A stretch of DNA of 63,999 nucleotides, the filler included, from Folioceros fuciformis (lineage: Eukaryota), in assembly GCA_049999805.1 (NCBI GenBank). It is 4 parts of 3 records of this genome, joined end to end, with 100 filler letters (N's around TTAATTAATTAA, not from the genome) between each part and the next. Parts side by side here need not be neighbours in the genome. Positions count along the whole stretch, not along the records: positions 31,877 to 59,536 come from JBNGIO010006274.1; 3 more parts are not named here. One strand, given 5' to 3'. Under the pieces are notes generated by a model that ran no database searches, was not told the origin of the DNA, and saw only the letters and a program-made list of their open reading frames with translations. Of this stretch, positions 41,685 to 54,355 are shown piece after piece (position 1 is the first letter of the stretch; every line of letters starts with the position of its first letter). A program made the translations under genes and the position numbers.

Positions 41685-43208
41685 GCTTAGCCTATGAAAC
41701 GCGCCTTCTGCGGATGCCGGCAACACTGAACTTGAGCAACAATGAGACTAAGACAAAAGGAGGGTGAAGTTTGCTGCAATCGCAAGTTCAAAGCCAGTGA
41801 TGGGCACAAGCAAGTAGGCTCCAGCGGTGAAGGCCACGCGTTGCTCCTGTCGCGCTGGCTCCACTTACGCTTCCCACTGTTCGCAAACCTGTTCACTGAA
41901 AAGAGTGACATATAGGTTCTTGGGATGCAAAACAGCCTAATCATGCATGGAATAGAAACCCTAAACTCGTCTTCCTGTGTCTTAATAAGAAATAAAGTGA
42001 CTTTTTAAAGCAGCCTCCCCGTATCTCAGCTATATCGCGGCCATTAATGAGTAAGTCACCAAGAACCACTAGTTGAGTCAATGACGGTGCTGCGGTGATA
42101 CATGCATACGGACTCTCAAGGGCATTGAGTGCAAGGACATAAGGCCTAAGAGGCAGCCATTTCCAAAAGCCATTTGTGTCCAGCACTGATTCTTCTGACC
42201 AAGAGGAGTCGACACCGTTACTCGGGGCAGCACGAAGTGCCTTTGTGTGGTGAAGATATATCGCATTAAGGATAGGCATGTTGTTCATGTTGTGGAAGGT
42301 GAAGACAATGCTCCAAACCTTGCACACTCCAATGGAAGAGGAGGTACTTGCATTGGTCAATCGCTGGACAATTCCATCGAATTGCGGATAGTGCCCTCCT
42401 GTTTGCATGTATTGCTGTCAGCTTTGGTTCTTGTACGTGAAGGTTGGGGAAGTACGTTGTGGAACGTCACCTGCTTAGTTTAGCGAATACTTGGTTCACC
42501 TACAAGATGAAAGAGATGCAGCCGGCTCTGAGTACCGAAGGCATCCTGGAATGGATGAAAGAACGCAACGACTGGAGCAGTTAAATGCGATAGCAGCCAC
42601 GCAGAACAGCCGAGATATGAGTCCTGGCAAAGCAGTCGCAACCTATGCTTGCCTACCACCGTGTTCGTTCCCAAGTGCATTCACAACATCAATCCTTCGT
42701 CTCCATATCCCTTTCCTTGTCACCCTATGTGTCGTTGAAGAAGGTACCTTTGTTTGTAGTAGGTCACTGACATTGTGGACGTGGGTGGCGTGCAAGTGGG
42801 GTGCCATCGGCTCCAATTCCCACTGTGATCCCTGCAACGCCATGGAACATCAACTTATATTTCGTGATTGCAAATAGCCCGAGCTCAAAACACTGGCAAA
42901 CACCTACCCGTATACTGCAACTTGGAAAGAGATGTGCGGATGCCTCAGTTGCAGCACGAAGAGGTCTCTTCGGAGATGCGGCTAGCAAAGGTTGTGCGGC
43001 TCATGGATCTGAAAGCAGAGAAGAAGATACTACCGATGACTTCCAACCACCAAGGTCTCAAAGCGCCTGGGTGGCCGGCAATGTGCAAGGGAAATCGTTG
43101 TGCGAAACACTATTAATGCCAATGGAAGGATGACAAACTCGACACCGACGGAGGTCAACTGGTGTTCCTCTGAGAAAGAGCGGCAGCCCTTACATTACTG
43201 GAGACTAC

Positions 43209-43812
43209 ATGAAACTATGTTGCGATAGAATGTGCGTGCAGAGGATGGAGAAGGATGTATTCCAAGGGTTGTGAAACACATTTCTTAGGATGTCCTAGCA
43301 AGAGCAGGAGTCTTACCTGGAGTCCTTAATGCGCTTGGAGGGGAAGACGAGCAGCAGGCAAAAAGTGATAACGCTTCTCCTAGGAGATACTCCTTTCCAA
43401 TGCTGTTTGCGTGCATACAAAAGGGTGTTTTACATTGGCCACAAGAGATACGAAGAGTTGAAGACAAGAATCCTTCATTGAGCCCCTTGGGACCCCATCC
43501 GGCTCAATCCACCAAAGGCCTCGGCAAAGGCAGAGCAAGCAATGCGTGGATGAATTGCACTTTTCTCCAAATGATAGAGCGATTGCCGAATGCTGATGTG
43601 TTTAATCTGCCAGATACTTACACGAAGGAGGAGATATGGAGCATGTGTGATCGGCTTGGGTTGCGCACCATAACGTATGCATGGTTTCTAAAACTGTGGA
43701 AACTTTGCTTCACCAAAGTCAAGATTTCGAAGTCCAATCGCTCCTCAACTTGTGCATTGTGTGTTGGTTTGAAGGCAACAATTTGCAATTCCTCAACGAA
43801 GGTAGAGCAAGG
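43209..43812 (+). mobile_element. Probable DNA transposase N-terminal remnant (DUF7869/CMC-like Cys-cluster type)
   Basis: MKLCCDRMC..CCLRAYKRVFYIG..ERLPN..NLPDTYTKEEIW..WFLKLWKLCFTKVKISKSNRSSTCALC, with in-frame stops and a frameshift. Family call is from pattern memory. Confidence 0.5.
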
Positions 43813-44022
43813 TAAGGTCCATGTATGTACCAGGAAGGCTTGCTTGCGAGTCCATCCATATTTCTCGCCATTGAATGCTAGTCCACAAGGTCTTCCTGGA
43901 GGATTGGGAGACTGCGCCTCCCCCCCTCCGTATCTGCCAGTTGTTACTATGAATATGAGGGGGGTTTGGGTGCACATGTTGGGGGTGAGGGGTTGTGTGG
44001 GGTGTGGGGGCACGCCGTCCGG

Positions 44023-44110
44023 TTTGATTACTTTCGTTGCAGCTATTATGTGGGGGCACGCCGACCGGACGGCGCGCCCCCACATAATAGCTGCAACGAA
44101 AGTAATCAAA
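44023..44110. repeat. 88-bp near-perfect palindrome
   Basis: Arms 44023-44066 and 44067-44110 are reverse complements with 2 mismatches, centred on CCGG. Confidence 0.95.
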
Positions 44111-45859
44111 ACTTTGTCTAGTCTTAACTGACAAATTTTTTCTACACTGTTGTGTTCTCCTCACTACTGCTACCCTTTGTATCTGAGTCCACTTTGATAG
44201 GCTTAGACTCAGACGCAAATATCTCCAAGTTGAACCTACGAGATCTCCTAACTTTGATAGATCCCCTATAATCGCACCCTCACCAACCTTCCATGTGGCA
44301 AAGCCTATACAATAAGTTCTTCCCCTCTCGGCTAAGTAACTAAGTCTTGAACTTCTCTTGGGCAGATCCCTCTCGAGGTAATCTTCTACCTTTCTTGGTC
44401 CCTCATTGGTCTTCCATTTGCATCCAACACTTCTCTTCCCTAGCTATTGCTCTCCCTTCCTCAATTGCTGGTATTGCCTAGAGATAACTCCAAAAGTAGC
44501 ATCCAATTGCTGGCCTGTAAGAGTACCAAAAGCAAAAGACACACCTTCTCCATACAACAAGTTTGTGGAGCGCAAGTCTCCAACAGTCGTTGTTTCTCCA
44601 CTTCCTTTGCGTGCAACTCTTGCACAACTACATAAAACTTGGTTCTCTCCACCATGCGTAGTGCAAGTTCTCCCTTTATCTCCTCCACCTACTTCGAATT
44701 CTCAACTTGCGCCTAAAACTTGCAAAGTTCCTCATCAATGAACTTGTGGGTCTCTAAGAGATTCCACGTGGACTTAAGCAAAGATTTTTTTCCATTGTGT
44801 AAAGCCTCTTGTGCCTCAGCGCCACCTGTGGCTTCAGCCTCCTTCGCTTCTTCTCTCACTTTTCTTTCCTGCCCCGTTTCAACACCGTGTCCAAGCTCCT
44901 CTTGAATTGACGATTTTATAACTGTCACCAATGTGCTCATAGGCTCCTCACCAGCGTTGCTCTCTTCCTGTCAGAAGGAACTATATTCAAGCAACTGCAT
45001 GCTCCCAAACCTTGAAACAAGTGTCACACCCTCACACACTAGGCTGCCCAAAGATTCTAATTGCTCCATTGCTTGCTCACCCACGAGCACTCCTTCCTCC
45101 TCCACCTCGTTCACCGTGGAAGGTGCACCCACAATCACTTCCTTGCTGATTTTGATTGCTCCTCTGACTCCCCTGCTAAAAATGCACTCGTGCCCGTGCT
45201 TGCTCCCTTTCTTAGTGGTTTTGGCTCCCCCTCAAACTCCTCCATTTGGGGCGCACTCGCGCATGCTTCCCTTCCTGTCAATTTTGACTCCTTCTCAAGC
45301 TTTCTTTTGCTGCAAATGCGCTTGCGCCCACGTTCCCTACCTTTCTTGTTGCCTTCTCTGCCCTTTCTTGATCTTGTCATTTGGTAAGAAGCACATCTAC
45401 CACCTTTCCCTCACACAGCTTGCCCATGCCTGCTCCCCCATATACTTGCAGATCCGCTCCTCCCAGCCCTTGTCCTCTCAACAGTTCTTTTCTCCTCTTG
45501 ACCTTTGTCTTCCCCTTCTCCACCTCTTTGGTCACCTGTGCATTCAAAACCTCAGATCTTTCTTGACCTGAACTACCTCTTGCTCCCAAACCCCGCAAGT
45601 GACCAAGCCTCGAAGGTGGAGGAAGAACGGGTGTCCCACAAATGTGAATTACATCATCCTTGAACTACTCCAAGAAAGGTTAGTGATCTCCTTGAGCTGC
45701 TCTAACTCAACAGCTTGCTCCTGGTATTGCTGTAAAAGCTGGGCCTTGGTAAGCCTACGTGTTAACAGAACCTCGAAGCTATCTTCGATGCGCCCACTTG
45801 CGCCCTAGAAGACTCTGCAAAACTTGCCTTATCCTTCCTCTTGCTCGCCATAACCTCAG

Positions 45860-46140
45860 CCCTTCACTCTACTCATTTTCTCCAAAATTCTCCCATTTTT
45901 TCTTATTTTTGCTGGTTAATTTATCTGTTTTCATTAGGACTATTCTTGGCACGGCTTCTTGGTTGTGCATTGGAAGATCTCGCATGGTTTTCCTCTTGTC
46001 TACCATATCTGAAGCCCTTCACTCCGCTCATTTTCTCCAAAATTCTCCAGTTTGTTTTTTTTTTTGCTGGTTAATTTGTTTATTTTCACTAGGCCTATTC
46101 TTGCCACGTCTTCTTGGTTGCGCCTTGGAAGATCCCGCAC
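45860..46140 (+). repeat. About 155-bp-period imperfect direct duplication within decayed transposon-like sequence
   Basis: CCCTTCACTC..CTCATTTTCTCCAAAATTCTCC..GCTGGTTAATTT..TTGGAAGATC occurs twice, from about 45860 and 46016. Confidence 0.8.
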
Positions 46141-46249
46141 CTTTTGCCTCTCCCTCCTCTTGCCTGCCATGATCACAACTCCCGCTGCTGGCGCCTCCCT
46201 CAAAGTTCTCCCGCTTTTGGAAAACCCTAGCCAAAGTTGCTTCCACACT

Positions 46250-49200
46250 TAATTATCTTTTTTTTTTTGAAATGCCAATTAATCAGTGAATCCTAGTTAT
46301 CTCTACCTCGCCAAACTTTGTAGATCTCAACGTGATTCTCCTAACAAGCTCACCACTCAACTTCCTTTGCACCAAGCTTTTATTACCTTCTTCATCTTTG
46401 CAACATAACTCTCACCCTCATTCTACTTTGCTTAAGTACGACTTCATCCCAAGTCCCTCTGCAAAATAACTTTACGACAAACAACAAAAAGCTCCCATCT
46501 AACAACAAAAAGCTCCCATCTATTCCTCTATCAACCTTCTCCCATCTTTAGTCGTCTTTCGAAAGGTCTGTATCTAGCACTTCAACATTCCCTCTCAAAT
46601 TCTCTTTAAAAACCATTGGTAGCCACCTCTCCACTGTTTGACTAAAATAACACATTTATTATCAAACTCCACCTTGGAACTAAAATTTATGGCCCATCAC
46701 TACAAAGCAACCAAAAGATTCCAACAACCTTCAGCCCCAAGGTACACATATATTTATATACTTTCCTCTCTTGAATCGACACAAGTGCGTATTCTTTTGA
46801 TAGTGACAAGTTTAGTGGCGTCAATCGACTACGTCTTGTATCACTTCATTACAACCTTCTCACGTGTAATGGAACATGAAGGTGCAAATTCGTAACAAAA
46901 AATTTGATTCAGTTGTTTAGTCCACTACAAGCTTCATGATCAGACTACGCTATCAGGATGTTCTGATTGTCTACTGACTTTGAGCTTTTTTAAGCGAACT
47001 ATCAAAAGAATGGTCATTCATTCTTTCCAAACCCCTATATACTTGCAACATTTCATTGCCGACTGCCTGGGGGAGCATTCTTAACCGATATAAATTGTTC
47101 ACAAAGTTAACTACCAAATTAACTATGCCCTCCAATTGTCCTTTCGTGAAAACTTTTCATCTACTAACTGCCTCTTTAGTCAAAAAACAAAAGCTTTATC
47201 TTCATTACACACTTATTTGCCATGAGTTGTCAACTCATACAGTATCGATCTACACAGCAAGTTCACACAAATGCAGCACTCTAGCAAACTATCTAAGTCA
47301 TGACACAAAACAACCTCAAGTAAACTTATCCACTTCGTCTAGGTTTGGGAGTTATGAGTGCAAAAGGAGAGGCTATGCAACATGGCCCCTTACTAGAGTT
47401 CAAGAGAGCCCTAATGACTTCATGGGAATCATATCAAGAGACAACATTGGGCAAGCAAAATTCAAAGTTGTTCTTTTCGGGGCTGTTGTGGACGTCTGAC
47501 ACTCAAGTCAAAGTTTGAATGCTTATGAGGAAGATGATTGGGGGAGAGGCAAGGGAAGAGGGGAATGCAAGCCCTCCCTACACGATCTTTATTGCTAGGA
47601 GCTCTGATTGGCAATGAATTGGCCTCTGTGGGCTGTAGTTAAGAAGAAAGCTCTTAGAATTATTAAAGGTGGTCTAGCTCTTGACGTGGATACCCTATCA
47701 ACTTATGTTCAAGAAGTGAGATACAATATTTTGTGCCACCAACATAACAAGGCTTCTTTTCTTAATGTGAACACTCTGATAGAGTTAGGGGAGAGCTGCC
47801 ATATCCTAGACCTGAACTTGTTACAGTGGATTTGTGACCCTTAAAGCTAGCCTTTATCAAGGATATTAAGTTCGGGAAAGGTAAGGTTACCCTTGCCTCA
47901 AGAGTGGGTTTCAAAGCTCACCTTGCCTTCCTTGGATTGCTTGCTTTTCCGATGTTCATCACACTCCTAGGGGACTACGATCTCAAAGGAAAGGAAGATT
48001 TGGATTTGAATCTTACTGTTGCAATGGAGGAAGCGATCTGGTAGATGAGGAGACAAGAGGGTCCCTTCGAGCAAGATTGACTTTTATTTCAAGGTGTAGT
48101 GTTGAGAACATGGGCACAAGAGTTTGGGAGCCCTTCTTGTTGATTGTTATAGAGTGGGGGCCCTCCCCTCATCTCCGTGGAATGAACTTGCCTTAACAAA
48201 TTCTACGGGTAGTGAGCACCAAAAAAAAAAAGGATTTTTCAAGGAGGAGGAGGCTCGAAGGGGGACCCTTTCAAATGCTTCCTTGAGTGAAGTGCAAGGT
48301 GGTCCTTCTATTTCACATGATGAAGATCTGCACAACCTTGTTCCTGGTCAAACAAGATCGAATAATCAAAGGGTGCTTGATGCTTTGGCTCGTGTGTCAA
48401 TAAGGGTAAGAAACATAGGTCAAGGACTCGAATGTCTTGAGCCAAGGTTTTGCAAGGCATTCAACCTTTTGAGTTTGCCCTTGAACAAGGGGAAGCAAAT
48501 GAGAGCAAAATCCCAAGTCCCAAGGAGAAGGAAGGTGACGAGGCAACTACGAAGCTTCCTATTTGTAGTAGCCATGGCTAGGATTTCATCGTAACAAGGA
48601 GGTGTGGATCCAAAGAGCTCTTTGCAGGGGCTCCCAGTAGAGGTAATAATGTGTCATCAACCACACCGAAAGGATGTGGTAATGTGTTTATCTTCAACAC
48701 ACAATAGCTAGATATAGGCCTCGGGTGGGCAACCAAGTCAAGCTTTGGGGTTGGAGCCAACAAAAGTGATTTTGTGATCGTTTAGATGGAAAACCATCCA
48801 TAGGGTCTAGTGAGGTCCTTGAACAAACACATCTAGTCTCGATTTTTCCACAATATATTGACATCTATATTGCAAAGTGAACTCTTAAGCGGATGTAGGA
48901 AAAAACACTCCCCTAACATGCTTGATAGGGCGACTCACGTAGAAGAGGCGTCGCACGAGCTTGATGTAAGTACAAATGAATCAGAACAGTAGTGGCACGC
49001 CAACTTACATGACCACTCCACTTACTTTACTAGTGAGGTCCAGGCCTCATTGTGTTGGCTCATAGTGTCTTCTATGAAGCTCTTATTCCAGCGGAGGAGG
49101 TTAGGTAGGCTTGCCAATCTTTTACTTACAATGAGGATCTAGCTTAGGAGATAAGGCTAATGTATGGCAATGCAAGGGGGAAGGTTGCTTGTGATGTGAG

Positions 49201-49500
49201 ATAAGCTAGAAGCTATGAGAGACTTGGACTGTCGATTAAGGACTAAGACCCTAAATAGGACGATGTGCTCACAGAAATTTGCTTGCTTTGGAGCCTTGTG
49301 TAACGGTGGAAATAACTATCTCAATTCAAGCTACATAAATGGTGTATAGCATAGATGCACCAAAGATGTGCTCTATACTGTCAAATTGTCATGCTGTCAT
49401 ACCACTTTAAGTGTAGGAGACTTGAGATGAGTTGTTTGGATAGCCCCATTATCCTTGTTAGTTCTACTTTATTGTAGCGAGAGCAGCCATAACCTTGAAT
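46250..49500. other. Highly decayed repeat-derived sequence, possibly LINE/LTR relics
   Basis: Only short broken ORFs. There is a faint LINE RT-like trace near 47540-47760 and no recognisable host gene. Confidence 0.25.
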
Positions 49501-50118
49501 TTAGGCACAATTGTTTATAGGATCATCAAATAGCCAAATACACTCTCTGTTTGGAGAATGCAAACACTATAAGCCTCAATTTCGTCATGAGCTTCATATA
49601 ACAAATGTGCTACATTTTGAAAGGCTTGAGAAACTATAACACCACACTGGAGAATGTGACAAACTTCATCAAAATTGTATTAAAACAACAATTATATAGC
49701 CTCTGATTACAATAGTATTAAATGACAAAAGAGATTCTCGGTAAACTCGCATGAAGACCCTAATGCAACCAATTAGCATATTTTCAAGAATATGTTCTTC
49801 CCACCTTCTAATTTATAGGAAACAAGTTTCAATATACTTATCCTAAATATATGAGTTAAATATACATTAAATTCTTATAAAAAAATCAATATCAATGACA
49901 AAATAAAATTCTAGTGAGATTTCTACTCTTTCAAATTCATCTAAATAAGTCCACTAACTTATGTCGTGGAAGAGTACATAGAAACAAAAATTTTCCTAGA
50001 AAGCTTACTTCACAAGGAATATTGTATACATGGAAAAAGGACATATAATATATTCTCAATAGGTCAACTTTGAAAGGCAATATAGTAGATCAAATTTAAA
50101 GGACTTCCTCCACTGTTG

Positions 50119-52185
50119 TCAACAATCATATGCACCAGGTCCAGGAAATTCTGTTTGTAAGACACCAAAACGGTTTCCCGTTCCAAATTTGATTGTTGGT
50201 TGAGTATGATACCTAGAATCCACAATACGTCCCTACACATGAAGATATTCGTTTTTAAGTAAGAATAGTATTATGTGATTACATCAATTCTATTCTATAT
50301 CTGTAATCAAATAAAAGAGAAGAATACCATTGAAGATCTTGGGTTGGCAGCCGGTCCTGCAGCTGGACCGGGTGAACCTTCACCGTAATGACATTTATCA
50401 TGCTCCATAGACAAGAAAACCTTCAACAAATTAAAAAAAAGAAAGAAGTTAAATAAAAAATAAATTATATGTAAATTATAGAACATAATTTTTGGAAGAA
50501 AATGTGTATGCATACTTTTTGGCGATGATCTCTATCACAATGAGGGAAAGCCATGGTTGGTAGAGTTGTTTTTTTGGAATCGCATTGTTTTCCTATTGCA
50601 GGTGTATAGCTATATTCTCCTGGTCCAGGAAGGTTGTCGTATCCGTACTGTACCATAAACAAATGATATTTTTTAAAGTTAGTATTTATAATAAGGATTG
50701 GGAGGAAAAGGAAACAAAACAACATAATTGTTACTTTGAATCGATTAGCTTGTGTGAAGAGCATGGATGGTGCTGTTCTTTTCATAGAGTGGTATTGCTT
50801 GCCTAAAGCTGACTTCCAATTATAATAGCTCGGACCTGGGGAACCTTTTCCGTAATTGGACTGAACACAAAGATAATTAGGATGCAATTTAACTTAAAGG
50901 TAGGCAAGAAATTAGGGTTAAAGATACACTGCTACGGCTTCTTCTTACATATGTGGTTGCAGTACCTTATCGTGTTCCAAACTTAGAAACACTCTTTCCA
51001 CTTGATCCCTTGTAGCCCGACCAAACACTAATCCTTCAGGGGATTTTCTGATTGATTCCACCTGATCAAGGTTACCTGTACTTTAACAGAAGCTGAGAAA
51101 TAAATAAATCAATAAGCTAATATTATGGGTATCACAAACTGGTTAAATCAACCTGTGCTCCAACTCCTGAGCAAATTTTGTATGCTCCTGGCCCTGGTGC
51201 GTCCTGTAATTGTCTACCCTGCAAAACAAGACAACTTGCAGAAACACAAGTAGGTAAGCCTTATCTCTTCAAGTAGAAGAGGAATGAATATATACATATT
51301 TTTAATGGCAAACAAAACAATTGTACACAATTTATCCAGTACCTTCCAACGATTGGCAATGGGAAAAACCACTTCTGGGGGAGACACATTGTCAGACTTT
51401 GGTTGTCTTCCCATTGATGATTTCAATAAATAAATAGGACCTGTGTATGTATATAACGATAGTTACATAATGGTTTAGAAGATTACTTTGTTCTAATTCA
51501 TTCTTGAAATGAAAGAATGATGTACCTGGACTACTTAGTCCTGGTCTCTTTTTGTTCATTTCATGATTGATATATCGCTGCATGCACATACATAGAGCCA
51601 TTGATGTGATGCACATGTCATGAAATGTAGGATTTTTGCAGGACTATTTTTTATTTTTTCTAGTAATTTGAATGTAAAGCAGAAACTTTACAGAAAGTGG
51701 ATTCAATTACTTTGTCATTGTCCTCTCTATTGGAGGTGCCAAACCCCCATGATGGAGCACTCTCATTTTTTGAGTTTACCTGTATGTAGGTAAAATATGT
51801 TTGTTTTCAAAAATCATATTGATATGTTGTTTCCTCAGCCATAGTGAAGTAATAGGAAATCTAAGATGTGATAGACCTAAGTTTTGTGTGTGTGTGTGTG
51901 TGTGTATTTCTTTTCTTGAAAAGATCTGCATATTCTTTTCTCTTATTATGATGTGAACCAGGTTTTGTTCTTTAATTTTTTTAAACTCTCTCTCTCTCTC
52001 TCTCTCTCTTGAAACATGTCAATCTATTGAATTGGTAAGAAAATTAGCATAATAGAAAGTGAAATAGAGAGGGATGTGACCTGTTTGCCAAAGCCAGATT
52101 TGATTCGCCGAACCCTTCTTTTAGGAGGATCGTGCAATTCATATTGTTTCAGAGGATGAAATTGAGGTGCACCTTCTTTCTTCAT
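50119..52185 (-). CDS. ODF3/SHIPPO sperm-tail PG-rich repeat flagellar protein, about 10 short exons
   Basis: Repeated motifs SPGPIY, APGPGAY, SPGPSYY, LPGPGEY and FPGPGAY alternate with S.GKQ..S....P...FG..R segments (SAPSWGFGTSNR, QPTIKFGTGNR). GT-AG introns. Confidence 0.85.
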
Positions 52186-52980
52186 TTTTCTTAGTCTTTA
52201 ATGCTTTTTTTATTTTTTTATTTTTTCCACATGGAATAATCCAAGTCTTCAAGCGGATTGCATGATGTCATTGATATGAGGTGGGGTTGAAAAAGAGTAT
52301 TAAAATTATACTGGACAGTCATTTCCCTGTGTGAATTAACATACCACTGCGTGATTTGCATAAAACACACTCCTGATAAGGTATAGCTATGTCCGGTGTG
52401 GTAAATGGCACGGCAAGGAATGAGACATGAATTACTCCAAAGATGTTGAAGAAATGCATTATTTTTGTACCGGCGTCTCACCCAATTGCATTTGATGGTT
52501 GGGCATCACGAGGCCGGCTGCCTGTGGTGTTTGCAAAACTATTTACGGTTTACTATATAAGGGTGGAGGAGTGTCGATTGGGGTTTGTTTGAGCAGCAGA
52601 GTCCTTGTGAAGTGAAGTGACCCCGAGGGAGGGGGGAGGCGGGTCAGGGCGGAGCTGCTGGTGGCAGGCGACGGCACAACAGCATTGCTGCTTCTCTTGC
52701 TGCCGCTGCTGTCTTCCATGCGATCCTTGTCGTGGCGAGGAAGCTACATAGGTCGGCAAATGAGCTTGAGGTGTGTGTGTGTCTCCTGGTGCGGTGGAGT
52801 GGATTGCACTTCCGGTGGCATTGCTGCCAAAAGGTGCGAACGGGTCCAGGCCGGTAAACCTCGGCCGAAGAGGGGACCGGCTGAACCGGCTTCTCTGTTT
52901 CTCCCTGACCTTCGATGCCTGCATTTGCAGCAGCAGCAGCAGGAGTAGCGGCGTGGCCGGTTTCCAGATGCCATGTCCCA

Positions 52981-54103
52981 ATGGCAGCGCTAGATTTTAG
53001 CAAGAGCGTGCCGGTGTCGCGGCTCGCCTTGCTGGGCTTGAAGATGCACAGCAGCTGCTGGAAGGACGCGGGGATGGAGGATCCACCGCTGCCCCGCCTT
53101 CGGAACGTCTTCGTCTACGGCTCGCTGCTGGCGCCGGAGGTGGTGTCGGCCCTCATCGAGCGCGTGCCTCGCGAGTCCCCCGCCTACGTGACAGATTAGT
53201 ATGCTCTTGGGAACCCTGAATCCAATGCTGGCCAGGCCGGGCCGGGTCGGGCATCGCACTCTTCTCGTCCTCCGGCCCTACTACGCTGCCCTGTGGACCG
53301 CTTGTAACAGAGGCTTGTTGCTTTGGCAGCCATAGGTACAGTGTCAAGGGGCGCCGTTACCCTGCAGTCATCCCTGTCCCGGACCACAAAGTTACTGGCA
53401 AAGTAGGTCTCTCGCCCCCTTCCCTCGCCTGCCTTCCTCACCTTGGCACCCAAGCCTTGCGCTGGGACCTCACTTTACCCGCTCCCGACACTCGGCTCTC
53501 CCATCTGGAGCGGCTTTCATTTGACCAATGCTCCTGGGGCCTTGGCAGGTCCTGTTCGATCTTACCGACCAAGAGCTTGCCCTGTTGGACGAGTTCGAGG
53601 ACATTGAGTACACCAAGGAGATAGCGGAGCCGGTGCTCATGGTATGCGCTCTGCCTTAGTTAACTCACGTGTAACGTGTAGCACACCTGGCCCCCCCTAA
53701 CTCTCACTCATTGCTCCTTCTGTGCCTTAGGGCTCTGGGAAGGAGATTGCCACGGGGCCGAGCAGTCCCTTGCAGGCTTCTATATACGTGTGGGCGAATC
53801 TCAAGGACGAGAACCTGCAAGGCGAATGGAGTTACGAGGTGCGATTCCCTTCCTGGAAAGGTGATGCAATTCCTGGGAGTTTGTTGCATGTCAGAGCACT
53901 TCCCCGTTAGATCCACCTGGCGCGTGTCAGGGATTTCTTCTCTGCTTTCCAGGTGTCTATACGGGCACGCCCAAGGGGTGGACACATTGGCTTATCGTTT
54001 ATCTCGTTGTCGATTGTCGTCTCAGGAATTCCGAGAGAAGTACTTGGACGAGTATGTCAAGATGTGCGAGGACTTTGTGAATGACTATTATAAGTCAGAG
54101 TGA
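52981..54103 (+). CDS. AIG2-like / gamma-glutamylcyclotransferase family protein, multi-exon (start codon uncertain)
   Basis: NVFVYGSLLAPEVV, YHRYSVKGRRYPAVIP, ELALLDEFEDIEY, YTWANLKDENLQGEWSYE and EFREKYLDEYV. Confidence 0.9.
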
Positions 54104-54355
54104 CAGCTTGCCGTGTTGGCGGTCCCTTCTTCATTGAGGCCAGGAACCTAATGCGGGATTGGAGGATACCATATGACTGACAGTCAGAACATTTGATAAA
54201 GCTCACAACCGTAAACGTTACGTTAGTGATCAATGTCACACAGGTGAATTTTTAAAAGGATGATAATTGCGGCAGAATTGAATGCCCATCACATCAATTA
54301 CCATCGGTACGTTCGCTGCCCACATTGTGGTAAACTTTTGCACACGACAAACAGC

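Noticed and set aside
43400-44218. Mirror-image peptides (ITFVAAIMWG) in opposite-strand ORFs
   Set aside because: A by-product of the DNA palindrome, not evidence of two genes.
44400-46250. Host gene in the Glu/Lys-rich minus-strand ORF fragments
   Set aside because: Multiple stops and frameshifts and no identifiable domain; likely decayed transposon sequence.
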